From an uncultured Methanosarcinales archaeon (GTDB lineage Archaea > Nanobdellota > Nanobdellia > Woesearchaeales > CAYNLP01): DNA of 32,134 bases. The stretch lies in the NCBI GenBank assembly GCA_964459935.1, contig CAYWOP010000001.1:1-32134 (forward strand), read 5' to 3'. Under the pieces are notes generated by a model. It was not told where the DNA came from, made no database searches, and saw only the letters and a list, made by a program, of their open reading frames with translations. Below are positions 1-10,242 of the stretch, piece by piece (the stretch's first letter is position 1; the number at the start of each line of letters is the position of its first letter). Both the position numbers and the translations under genes were made by a program.

Positions 1-1
1 C

Positions 2-178
2 GGCTACCTCTGCCCGCCGGGCGATGCAAACGCTTTCACAGAAAGGATCGCACAGTTGTTGACCGATGAGGACGAGCGGGAACGCATGGCGCAAGCGGCA
101 CGACAACGCGCTGAACGGTACCATCGAGAGGACAGCATCGAGAGGGTGCTGGAACATCACGAAGAACTCCTGCAGTAA
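2..178 (+). CDS. 3' end of a glycosyltransferase-like gene (5' part lies outside the window)
   Basis: Open frame from the window edge to TAA at 176-178. It translates GYLCPPGDANAFTERIAQLLTDEDERERMAQAARQRAERYHREDSIERVLEHHEELLQ, which resembles the usual C-terminal helices of GT4/GT1-type glycosyltransferases. Recognised by motif only. Confidence 0.45.
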   Translation, partial: GYLCPPGDANAFTERIAQLLTDEDERERMAQAARQRAERYHREDSIERVLEHHEELLQ

Positions 179-2098
<1,920 letters not shown>

Positions 2099-2179
2099 TC
2101 CAACTTCGTTCGGCGTACTCGGAATTTCTCCGTCGACAGAGTTCTTATCTTCTTAAATGGAGTTAGATGTAAGCACGCC

Positions 2180-3295
2180 ATGGACTGGTTTGCAGAACAT
2201 TTCGGCAGTCTGGCGTCTATCGCAGGAGTTTCCATGGCGGGACTGCTCTGCTATACCGCGTCTGAAGTCGATGAACCCGTGTACCACCGCGTTGCCAGGG
2301 GAGAAACGCTCCATGAGATATACAGGGACCGGGCAGAGAATATGGATTGGAGCTCATTCAAACGCTTGAACCGACATATAGCGGAGCAAAACGGCTCATA
2401 CGATCGATTGTACGTCGGAGATAGCGTGCGAATCTCGTCACCTCTCTCGGATGTTTCGCTAACGCACTGGAGTTCCGTTGACGATATTGTGGAACTCCTC
2501 ACAGAACATCCAGGACTCGGCGTTGATGCCCAACGCTTTAGCGAGGGGAACAGCCCAGCAGATCACGGTCTTGAGTACGAAACGGTGGACTTGCACACCA
2601 TTGATAACGTACGCATTTCAGGCTATTACACGCCTCGGAATGGGGAGGATGCGGTTGTACTGCTCCACGGCAAAGGGATGAACAACACGACCATGTTACA
2701 ATATACAGATTTCCTCGCCGAGTCGGGATACAGTGTCTTACAGATAGATTTTCGAGCACACGGTCATAGCTCTGGTACACGCGTAACATACGGGGCCAAA
2801 GAACGTCTCGACGTAAAAGCATGCATACAGTATCTACAAGATCGGGGCAAGGAAGACATAGGAGTTCTCGGCAACTCTCTCGGAGCGAGTACCGGCCTTA
2901 TATCCGCCGCCGACTACGAAGCGATCGATGCGGTCATCGCAGAATCCCCGTATGCTCAACTCGCCAACGTCGCTCATGCACCGGTATCTGATGGATCAAG
3001 AGTGGCCAAACACCTTTTCGTAAACACGCTCAGAACCTATGCTACCTTGTCTACCGGTATCGATTATTTTGACACTGACCCGCTCGACTACGCTCATGCC
3101 GTCGAAGAACCTGTGCTGTTGATACATGGAACCGAGGACAGGATTACCCGCCCTGAACATTCCAAAAACCTACACGAACGGGTTGCGTCTTCAGAACTCT
3201 GGCTTCGGCCTGGGAGAGGCCACGTACCGTCGCAGAACAGTTCATCAACTGTATATGAAAAACGCGTATTAGAGTTTTTCGCGAGTGCTTTGTAG
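2180..3295 (+). CDS. Membrane-anchored LysM domain protein fused to an alpha/beta-hydrolase (serine hydrolase) domain
   Basis: N-terminal hydrophobic segment (SLASIAGVSMAGLLCYTA). LysM-like stretch YHRVARGETLHEIYRDRAENMDW...LYVGDSVRI. Hydrolase motifs VVLLHGKG, nucleophile elbow GNSLGAS, LLIHGTEDRITRP, and a late GRGH. TTCTTAAAT about 27 nt upstream of the ATG. Confidence 0.8.
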   Translation: MDWFAEHFGSLASIAGVSMAGLLCYTASEVDEPVYHRVARGETLHEIYRDRAENMDWSSFKRLNRHIAEQNGSYDRLYVGDSVRISSPLSDVSLTHWSSVDDIVELLTEHPGLGVDAQRFSEGNSPADHGLEYETVDLHTIDNVRISGYYTPRNGEDAVVLLHGKGMNNTTMLQYTDFLAESGYSVLQIDFRAHGHSSGTRVTYGAKERLDVKACIQYLQDRGKEDIGVLGNSLGASTGLISAADYEAIDAVIAESPYAQLANVAHAPVSDGSRVAKHLFVNTLRTYATLSTGIDYFDTDPLDYAHAVEEPVLLIHGTEDRITRPEHSKNLHERVASSELWLRPGRGHVPSQNSSSTVYEKRVLEFFASAL

Positions 3296-3299
3296 GAAG

Positions 3300-6212
3300 T
3301 CATCTCGTGGGTCGTAGATAAGAAGCGGCAGAGAAAGTGTTCTGCACGTATTCATCAGCTCCGAGATCTATCTCTCCGTTAGCCTGCCAGGCGAACTGGT
3401 CCTGCAAACTGGATGGGGTCGAGGATTTCGCCTTCCAGTTAAAGATCCGAGGACCGTACGGCCAGCTCTTCACAGTTGCCTGCAATGCCTGTCTTCCTGC
3501 CCAGCCGTGCTGTTTCGCTTGCATATACCGTTTCGCCATCAGCAGCACGGTTGCTTTCCCAGCTGTCTCCATGTCGTGTATCGTTTCTTCGTTGATGTTC
3601 CACCGCTCTCGTTCCTCCTCGGTGAAATTTTCTTTTACTGTTATCTGGCTCGGTCCTCTGCTGACCTCACCTCTGCCCAGCCAGGAAGCCACGATATCCA
3701 GGGAACCTCGGTCAAAGGTATTGAAGAGGTAATCTGCCTTCCGCACACCATCGTTATTCGTCCGCCACTCGGTTTCCACCTTCATTATGCCGAAACTGAG
3801 TTCCGCCAGGGCGTTGATTTTCTGGTTTGCCAGACCGAAGCGCTTCTGCACATAGGGTGCGGCTTCGTCGATACCGATAACGTATTCTACGAGATCGGTG
3901 CGCAGCAGATGTGGGTTCGTGATTTTATAGTTGGCGTTGATATATTTATTTGCGGACTCGTGAGAGATCTCATTGTCGATGAAATCGTAAATGACGGAGG
4001 TGCTCGCCGCCCAGACAATCTGAGAGTGGGAGCGGTTTTGAGAGGTGAGTAAATCTCGTGCCCTATCGTAGTGAAGATCTCCTTTGATGTTGTGGGCTAT
4101 GACCCTCGTACCGTTCGGGCGTACTTCCGCGACGATACCGACATGGGTATTGAATGTGCGGCTCTCTTGAGATATCCCTTCTAGAAATGCCCTTGCCTGG
4201 TTAACGCTTTTTTCATAGTACAACCCTACTATATCGCCAGTCTGCAGCTTTTGCACATTAAAGTCTGTGCGTTGCGGGAAGAAAGATCTTACCTTGTCGG
4301 CATGTGCTGTGTTCAGCTTTGCATACACTGTTTCCTCGTCGTTATTGCTGCGGAGTTCCTTGAATTCTTTTCGCATCTTTTTATGCAGTTGCTGTATAGC
4401 GTTCTTATTGGATGCATAGATATCTGGGAAGAGGTTTAGCTTTTGCTCGGCACCTATCTTGCGAAGAATGTCCAGGACGTACTGGAACGTGCCTTCTTTA
4501 TTCGTCAGATTGTCCAGCATGTTCCAGGCATTACCTACGATTCCCAGGTTTGTGACAAATTCTCTACTCCAATCCGTCCGGTCGGCGAACGCGTTGATGA
4601 CCCACTTCGCGCAGCCGCGTTCGTCCACTTCTTCAGCGTTGATATGCATGGACTCTACACTTTCCACGGTCTCTCCTGAGGGATTCGAAGTAGTCGGTGA
4701 GGCCGCGGTTCCGGCGGTGACTGCGGCGAGCAGGGCGAAGCCGGTTACGAACTTCTTGGTGTGCTGTCGCAGTCCTTGGAGAACGTTCTTGGTCTCGCCG
4801 AAGGCTTTGTTCGCTTTCTTCTCTATCTTTTTCACGGCGCGCTGCGTCCGTTTCCTGTTCTTGTTCTCTTGGGTGGCCGTTTTCCGCACTTCTTTCTCGA
4901 CCTGTTCTGTTTCTCGCTCTAATCGCTGTTTTTCCTGGTCTGCCTGTGTTTCCAGATTCTTTGCTTTGCTTTGAATCTCCTCATCGGTCCTTGTCTCGGT
5001 TTCCACATCTTGAACAGTTTGTTCTACAGCCTCTTCTTGCTCCTCAATCTCCCTGTAGAAAGCATCGAGTTGCTCTTCTATATCTTCGAGTCGTTGCTCG
5101 TACTTGTTCTGTTCCAATGCCGTTTTCACGATGAGATTTGCCGAGGCGCGCACACGATGGTCGCATGCTTTCAAGAGATTATCTATTTGTTTGCTGAACT
5201 GCTGCACGAAGGTGCGAAGATCTTCGTCCTCATCAGTTTCTCCGTATACCTTGAGGATTTTTTCGAAATCTGTGACGAACTCTTTCAATATCTCGTTTTC
5301 CCGCTGTGATTCAGGATTCTGTACGTCCAGTTCGTCCAGTTGTTTCTTGATATGTTCGCACATGTGGATGAATGAGCTGACGCGTTGATGGAGTTCCTCC
5401 AGTGTGTCTTTGATATCCTCTGCATCCCCTGTGATCTGTTTCTTGAAACTATTCGTTCGTTGGATGACCTTCTGGAGTGACTTTTCGGATATATCCCGTT
5501 TGAACTCTTTCAGGGCTTGGACTTCTCGCTGTAAAACGCGATCCACGTCGCTCAGTAAGTCGTCGAATTCTTCGTTAATATCCTCGACAATCTCCGTTAT
5601 ATTCTGGTGGAACTGTTGGAGTTCTGTACTGAGCTGTTCGGTGTCGTCCACACTTCCGATCTCCTGCGTCGTAAGATCTGGTTTTGACGGGGTGGTTTGC
5701 GCGAACCGTCGGGCATGTTCCCCGAGTTCCTGTAACGGAAGGGCTTCGAGGGTCTTTATGAGTTGCGCTAGGAATGACTTCGTGATGGTTATTGGTTGGC
5801 GAATATCGTACAGAACTTCCCTGTGTTCTTTCTGTATTATCGATTCACAGAGGGAAACAATATCTCGTATATCGTCCAGCTCTGCTTCGAGCTGTTGACT
5901 ATAGCTGTTTAGCGTTTCCTCCTCCTGATGTTCTATGTCTTGGAGTTGCTGCAGCAGGGAATCAACTTCGTTCTCGTCCTTGGCATCCTCAATCCGATTT
6001 TCTAATCTCTTGGCCGTTTCCCCGAGGTCTTCGACTGTGGATTCTGTACTCTGTAAATCCTGCATCAATTCGTTGACATGGTGCGCTTCGTTGAGAAGTT
6101 GCTGCTCGTAATACTTCGTGTCTTGTCGTAGACGATCGCTACCTTTCCACGGGTTACGGAGTAGGGTTCCGTAGCGTTTGGCCCCTTCTGCCATGGTGGA
6201 AAGGATGCCCAT
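3300..6212 (-). CDS. Type II membrane protein: ~480-aa acidic coiled-coil N-terminus, one TM helix, and an external region with a papain-fold (NlpC/P60/CHAP-like) domain and a lytic-transglycosylase/lysozyme-like domain
   Basis: 970-aa ORF. The N-terminal half is rich in heptad-like E/K/Q/L sequence. TM helix FVTGFALLAAVTAGTAAS is encoded at ~4698-4751. Candidate Cys-His pair: RGCAKWVINAF (Cys codon 4611-4613) and GDIVGLYY...THVGIVAEV...RVIAHN (His codon 4143-4145). SLT-like IMKVETEW (Glu codon 3774-3776) followed by SRGPSQIT. The ORF call is strong; the domain calls rest on motifs only. Confidence 0.7.
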   Translation of the reverse strand: MGILSTMAEGAKRYGTLLRNPWKGSDRLRQDTKYYEQQLLNEAHHVNELMQDLQSTESTVEDLGETAKRLENRIEDAKDENEVDSLLQQLQDIEHQEEETLNSYSQQLEAELDDIRDIVSLCESIIQKEHREVLYDIRQPITITKSFLAQLIKTLEALPLQELGEHARRFAQTTPSKPDLTTQEIGSVDDTEQLSTELQQFHQNITEIVEDINEEFDDLLSDVDRVLQREVQALKEFKRDISEKSLQKVIQRTNSFKKQITGDAEDIKDTLEELHQRVSSFIHMCEHIKKQLDELDVQNPESQRENEILKEFVTDFEKILKVYGETDEDEDLRTFVQQFSKQIDNLLKACDHRVRASANLIVKTALEQNKYEQRLEDIEEQLDAFYREIEEQEEAVEQTVQDVETETRTDEEIQSKAKNLETQADQEKQRLERETEQVEKEVRKTATQENKNRKRTQRAVKKIEKKANKAFGETKNVLQGLRQHTKKFVTGFALLAAVTAGTAASPTTSNPSGETVESVESMHINAEEVDERGCAKWVINAFADRTDWSREFVTNLGIVGNAWNMLDNLTNKEGTFQYVLDILRKIGAEQKLNLFPDIYASNKNAIQQLHKKMRKEFKELRSNNDEETVYAKLNTAHADKVRSFFPQRTDFNVQKLQTGDIVGLYYEKSVNQARAFLEGISQESRTFNTHVGIVAEVRPNGTRVIAHNIKGDLHYDRARDLLTSQNRSHSQIVWAASTSVIYDFIDNEISHESANKYINANYKITNPHLLRTDLVEYVIGIDEAAPYVQKRFGLANQKINALAELSFGIMKVETEWRTNNDGVRKADYLFNTFDRGSLDIVASWLGRGEVSRGPSQITVKENFTEEERERWNINEETIHDMETAGKATVLLMAKRYMQAKQHGWAGRQALQATVKSWPYGPRIFNWKAKSSTPSSLQDQFAWQANGEIDLGADEYVQNTFSAASYLRPTR

Positions 6213-6235
6213 ATATCATACAGGTCATAGGTACC

Positions 6236-6277
6236 ATTTAAAGTTTCCTTAGATAGCTCACACCAACCTTTTTAAAA
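6236..6277. promoter_or_regulatory. Divergent promoter region between the 970-aa gene and rps3ae
   Basis: ATTTAAAG at 6236-6243, about 25 nt from the minus-strand ATG at 6212. TTTTTAAAA at 6269-6277, about 27 nt upstream of the plus-strand ATG at 6300. CTTAGATAGCT at 6248-6258 lies between them. Confidence 0.5.
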
Positions 6278-6299
6278 CGAGTCACGTTTCACCACGAAT

Positions 6300-6857
6300 A
6301 TGCCAGCAACACTCCAAGCGAAGAAAAAGGAATGGCACCCGATCATCGCACCCGACCGGTTCGATAATGAAAAGATCTGTGAGAGCTACGTCGCCGACAG
6401 CGACGACCTCGAAGGTCGGAACGTCACCGTCAACATGCGCGACGTCACGGGTGACAAGCGCACGCAGAACATGGAGATCGATTTTCTCATCACCGACGTG
6501 CAAGAGGGCAAGGCCCGCACGATGGTACAGGGCTTCAAGGTCCTCGACGGCGCGATCAAACGCTACATCCGCAAAGGACGGAGTCGCGTGGACGATAGCT
6601 TCACCGCGACCACCGCGGACGGAAAGCGAGTCAGGGTCAAACCGCTCGTCGTCACGTACAACCGCGCTCCTGAAGAGGTACTGACGAAGATCCGCAAGCG
6701 GACGAAAGAACGCATCCGCGAGCTCTGCGAAGAGAATGCCTATGAAGGAGTGCTGGACAACGTGTTGAACTTCAACGTGCAGGACGAGCTGAAGGAAGAT
6801 TTGAGCGAACTCCACCCGGTGCGGAACTTCGAGATCCGCGCATTCAGACTTCTATGA
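6300..6857 (+). CDS. rps3ae: 30S ribosomal protein S3Ae (eS1)
   Basis: 185 aa. The N-terminus AKKKEWHPIIAPDRFDNEKICESYVAD and the overall basic profile match the archaeal S3Ae/eS1 family. Its 4-nt ATGA overlap with the next ORF fits the usual rps3ae neighbourhood. Confidence 0.92.
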   Translation: MPATLQAKKKEWHPIIAPDRFDNEKICESYVADSDDLEGRNVTVNMRDVTGDKRTQNMEIDFLITDVQEGKARTMVQGFKVLDGAIKRYIRKGRSRVDDSFTATTADGKRVRVKPLVVTYNRAPEEVLTKIRKRTKERIRELCEENAYEGVLDNVLNFNVQDELKEDLSELHPVRNFEIRAFRLL

Positions 6858-7159
6858 GCCTCTACGTCGCCGATTACGAACTCGAACTCGCGAAAGCACG
6901 CGACGCGATCCGGGAGAACGAAGCGGAGCGCGTCCTGTTGCACATGCCGGACGGGGTCAAGCCCAAGGCGGACGAGGTCATCCAGGAGCTCCAGTCCTCC
7001 GTCGAGCATGAGTTTGACGTACTGGTCTGGGGCGGTTCGTGCTTCGGCGCGTGCGACCTTCCGGTGGAAGCTGAAAATGTGGGTGTCGACCTACTGATAC
7101 ACTGGGGGCACAGTCGGTGGAAGGTGACCAAAGAGGAGCGACATCCGGACGACCTTTAA
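6854..7159 (+). pseudogene. dph2: Truncated diphthamide synthase Dph2 (only the N-terminal ~100 of ~330-340 codons)
   Basis: YELELAKARDAIRENEAERVLLHMPDGVKPKADEVIQEL...VLVWGGSCFGACDLPVEAENVGVDLLIHWGHS aligns by eye with the first ~85 residues of archaeal Dph2 (..RVLIQSPEGL..YGACD..ALIHLGHS). The ORF stops at 7157-7159 and the next 2.8 kb is filled by a convergent minus-strand gene. Only the first of the three Fe-S cysteines is present. Confidence 0.8.
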
Positions 7160-9951
7160 TCCATCTCCTCGAAGAACTCCTGTTTCTCCAACTCTTTCGT
7201 GTGATCTGTCAGGTGAGAATAGTGCTCGCGAGTGTACGCGGCCAGGTCCGACTCACTTCCCAACCGGTGATAGAGCTCTTTGATCTCCTGAAGGCGGTCC
7301 ACGAGTTCGTCCCGATCGGACCGGTCCTTCGCCTCGTGGGCGGCCCCGATGTGCTCGATGAGCTGGAACTTCGTATACAGCTTCTCCGCCTCCCTGCTCA
7401 ACGTTTCCTTGAACTCCTCATTCGCGTCCTCCGCTCGCATGTACACGTCCATCTTCTCCACTAGTTGATCATAGAGTTCGCGTGCTGCCTCGAAATCGGT
7501 CGCGTCCAGTCGATCATGTGTGGAACGGATGAGGTTGTAGAAGCCCGTCCTGTTCTTACGGTGGGTCTGGTCGATCCGCTCCTTCTCTTGTCCTGTCTCG
7601 TCCGTCGGGAAGACGTGTTGGGAGACGATGCGATGCGTCGTTTCTCGATTCCGCAGATAGGCGTAGTACCCTGTGAGTGTGAGTAGCAGTACAAGGCCGA
7701 CAACGGTCGCCGCCTTCGCAGACCCTCCGCTGCCCCCTGTTTGGGTCGCTACCTGTCCCGTCACCGCGTTCGTCTCGTTCCGCTCCGGCTTCGTCAGGAT
7801 GACCGTCGAGGACTGTTTCACATCCGCAAGACTGGTCACCGCGTCCACGCTGTACCACACGTCCTTTGCATCGAGCGATGCTTCCTCCCACTTCACCACG
7901 GGATCTTCTTCCAGTACCACCGGTTCCTCGGAGAAACGGATATCATCTACCGTTCTCGCAACGCTCTTCGGCACGTTCTCCACGACGACCGAGTCGTTCA
8001 CCACAGAGTCTGTGGTTATCGCTTTGTGGATTAAGGTGCGCTTGTTTGTTTTGACCGTGTCGTGATACGTTATCCGCCCTGTGAACGCGTCGAGCCGTAC
8101 CGAGGCCCGGTCCTGCAGTTGCCGCATGTTCTCGGTATATCCTTGGAGTTCCGCATCGGACATGTTGAAGCCGACGGTGATATGCTCCACCGCGTGTTTC
8201 ACCTGCCCGCTCATCGGTACGTGGTCGTGACGTACGCTACCGGTAATCTCAACCTCTTTCGGGACGGAACGCATGAACGTTTCCGACCGGTCCAGTATTG
8301 ACTCGATGCGTTCCTGCACCGTTCCCTTGTCCAGTTCTGCGAGTCTGAGCTTGGCGATCTCTTGTATCAGTCGTTGCATGTCATTCTTCGCCTGCTTGGC
8401 CTCCTCTATCAGGTCGAGTCGTGAAACGAGGGTTACCCGGCGTTGATTGTCGTATGACCGGAGTTGTTCGATCGCTTGCTCTATCGTGAAGACGTTCTGC
8501 TTCAGTATCTCACGTGTCTCGTTCAGTTTCCGTTGCGCGTCTCGCGACGGAGATCCTTCCTGCGGGGCGAAGGAGATCGACAGTTCGTCGCTTAACGGAC
8601 CGACGTTCCCGCCCTGATCGACGGGAGCGATCTTGTAATGATACGTGGCGTTGGGCAGGACGTTCCGGTCCACGAATGTCGTCTCGACCGTTTCTGTGTA
8701 CGTATCCGTCTTACCAACTCCCGGCTCGTTGGAGCGGTAGATGGTGAAGTGGTCGACGGTCTCCCCGCTGTAGTACCAGGTGAGCTTGGCTGAGAGGTTC
8801 GCTTTCTCCACGGATGCGCTCTCTACCGGGGGTGGTGGTTCTGTGTCCACGAGGAACATCTTACCGCTCGTTATCACGGTCCCCTTGAGATCGGTACGGT
8901 CCGTGGCGGTGAACGAGAAGCTCCCGACATCACTGTTCACGTCCTCCGGTATGGAGATATAGCCTTGCCAGTCCGTTCCGGAGCCTGAGAGTGACACGTC
9001 TTTGATATCGCCGTCGTTGCTGAAGCTGTACTCCAGCGTTGGTTCGAGCACCGGCTCCGAAGTAGTGAGGCGGACCTCGTACGTGCCGGCGTTGAGCCGT
9101 CCGTCTCCGTCTTCGATCGCGATACGCGCCGTTGGTCGTAGATTCGCGTGGAACGTTACGGGTTTCGGCGTGCCGGTATTGCCCCACTGATCCTTGCACG
9201 CGACATAGAGTGTGTAGTTCCCCTGCGTATCGCGGTCCAGCAACTGCGTGTGGTTGGTTCCTCCGGTCTGCGAGAACTCGTTTTCCAGTGTTCCGTATGC
9301 TCCGTTAGTGGTGCCGTAGCGACAGGTCGCTATCTCGTCCGTCGCGACTTCTACGCGGATGGGCGTCCCTCGGAACGAACCGTTCGGTGAGCGCATATCG
9401 ATGGTCGGAGGACTCGTATCTAGCATGAAAACGGTGCCGGCATTTGCGGTGGCGTTATCGAGTTGGCAGGAGACGTTGAGCTGGTACACGCCGTCTTCTA
9501 GGAGCACGGTGGTCGTCCAGTGCTCGTCGTCTCTGGTGAGGTCATCCGAGGTGGAGTCAAGGCTGTACTGACATGAATCGGCCCGCCAGTTCGTCGACGC
9601 TCGGATAGCTATCTCTTTGCTCCCGACCGTGTCCGTTTCGGGTCGTTCGATGAACGCTCGGAACGGGACGTCGAGTACTTGCACGGTGCGGTTCTTGCTG
9701 GACTCGTTTGTGCGGAACGTGAACGTGTACGTACCGCTGTCCTGACGACCGGTCTCCCACTGGTAGCTTTTATTCGTGGATACGATGCTCCCGTCGCGCA
9801 GGATGGTGTGGTTCTCCCCGGTCGAGTTGATGAAGCGTGCAGTGACCGTCTCACCTTCGCGCACCGTCGTATTGATATGCGTGTCGAATGCGTGGATCGT
9901 GGGTAGGAGAAGTAGCAATCCGAGCAGGACTGGCGTGGCGCGTTGGTTCAT
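7156..9951 (-). CDS. Type I membrane surface protein with Ig-like and FN3 domains, an extracellular coiled-coil, a TM anchor and a ~170-aa helical cytoplasmic tail
   Basis: 931 aa. Signal peptide MNQRATPVLLGLLLLLPTIHA. Ig-like modules with paired Cys (SCQYSLDS...VSCQLDN; TCRYGTTN...YVACKDQWGN). FN3-like KLTWYYSGETVDHFTIYRSNEPG...YHYKIAPVDQGGNVG. TM helix AATVVGLVLLLTLTGYYAYL followed by RNR. Many N-x-S/T sequons. Confidence 0.85.
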   Translation of the reverse strand: MNQRATPVLLGLLLLLPTIHAFDTHINTTVREGETVTARFINSTGENHTILRDGSIVSTNKSYQWETGRQDSGTYTFTFRTNESSKNRTVQVLDVPFRAFIERPETDTVGSKEIAIRASTNWRADSCQYSLDSTSDDLTRDDEHWTTTVLLEDGVYQLNVSCQLDNATANAGTVFMLDTSPPTIDMRSPNGSFRGTPIRVEVATDEIATCRYGTTNGAYGTLENEFSQTGGTNHTQLLDRDTQGNYTLYVACKDQWGNTGTPKPVTFHANLRPTARIAIEDGDGRLNAGTYEVRLTTSEPVLEPTLEYSFSNDGDIKDVSLSGSGTDWQGYISIPEDVNSDVGSFSFTATDRTDLKGTVITSGKMFLVDTEPPPPVESASVEKANLSAKLTWYYSGETVDHFTIYRSNEPGVGKTDTYTETVETTFVDRNVLPNATYHYKIAPVDQGGNVGPLSDELSISFAPQEGSPSRDAQRKLNETREILKQNVFTIEQAIEQLRSYDNQRRVTLVSRLDLIEEAKQAKNDMQRLIQEIAKLRLAELDKGTVQERIESILDRSETFMRSVPKEVEITGSVRHDHVPMSGQVKHAVEHITVGFNMSDAELQGYTENMRQLQDRASVRLDAFTGRITYHDTVKTNKRTLIHKAITTDSVVNDSVVVENVPKSVARTVDDIRFSEEPVVLEEDPVVKWEEASLDAKDVWYSVDAVTSLADVKQSSTVILTKPERNETNAVTGQVATQTGGSGGSAKAATVVGLVLLLTLTGYYAYLRNRETTHRIVSQHVFPTDETGQEKERIDQTHRKNRTGFYNLIRSTHDRLDATDFEAARELYDQLVEKMDVYMRAEDANEEFKETLSREAEKLYTKFQLIEHIGAAHEAKDRSDRDELVDRLQEIKELYHRLGSESDLAAYTREHYSHLTDHTKELEKQEFFEEMD

Positions 9952-9954
9952 CGC

Positions 9955-10116
9955 TTACCGTGGTATCTGGTCGAGTACGTCGTCGTCGCGCTCGAGTTTC
10001 TCTGCGATCGCCTCTTCAAGATACGCGTTGAGCGTCGTGTCCTTGATGGTGGAGATCACCTTCGCCTTCGTGTGCAGGTCTTCGTCCAGTCTGATATTTA
10101 CTCTTTGTTCGCCCAT
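9955..10116 (-). CDS. Small ribbon-helix-helix (CopG/Arc-like) DNA-binding protein, first gene of the operon with the 931-aa surface protein
   Basis: I prefer the internal start MGEQRVNIRLDEDLHTKAKVIS...LNAYLEEAIAEKL (53 aa). GAGGTGA lies 4 nt upstream of the ATG at 10116. It shows an RHH beta-strand/helix pattern. Its stop is 3 nt before the 931-aa gene start. A TATA-like ATAAATAT lies at ~10163-10170. Confidence 0.65.
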   Translation of the reverse strand: MGEQRVNIRLDEDLHTKAKVISTIKDTTLNAYLEEAIAEKLERDDDVLDQIPR

Positions 10117-10202
10117 GTATTCACCTCTGGTCGGAACCGTGGTCGTCCACGCATGATGGTCATATAAATATGTTTGCACAGAAATAACGAAGCTATCTAA
10201 GT

Positions 10203-10210
10203 GGAAAAAG
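10203..10210 (-). terminator. Oligo-T tract downstream of the 617-aa gene (archaeal-type termination signal)
   Basis: The minus strand reads CTTTTTCC about 35 nt after the stop at 10243, before the RHH gene promoter. Confidence 0.3.
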
Positions 10211-10242
10211 TGTCGAAATGATGGAGATGATAGGAATGATTG

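Noticed and set aside
7156-7159. Shared TTAA at convergent stop codons (7156-7159 and again 24270-24273) as a possible insertion target site
   Set aside because: Overlapping TAA/TTA stops produce TTAA trivially. With no inverted repeats or a transposase, this is most likely coincidence. It is noted only as context for the dph2 truncation.
9955-10179. RHH and AbrB-like genes as antitoxins of toxin-antitoxin modules
   Set aside because: No adjacent small toxin-like ORF (PIN, RelE, MazF, etc.) is present. Each is followed immediately by large secreted-protein genes.
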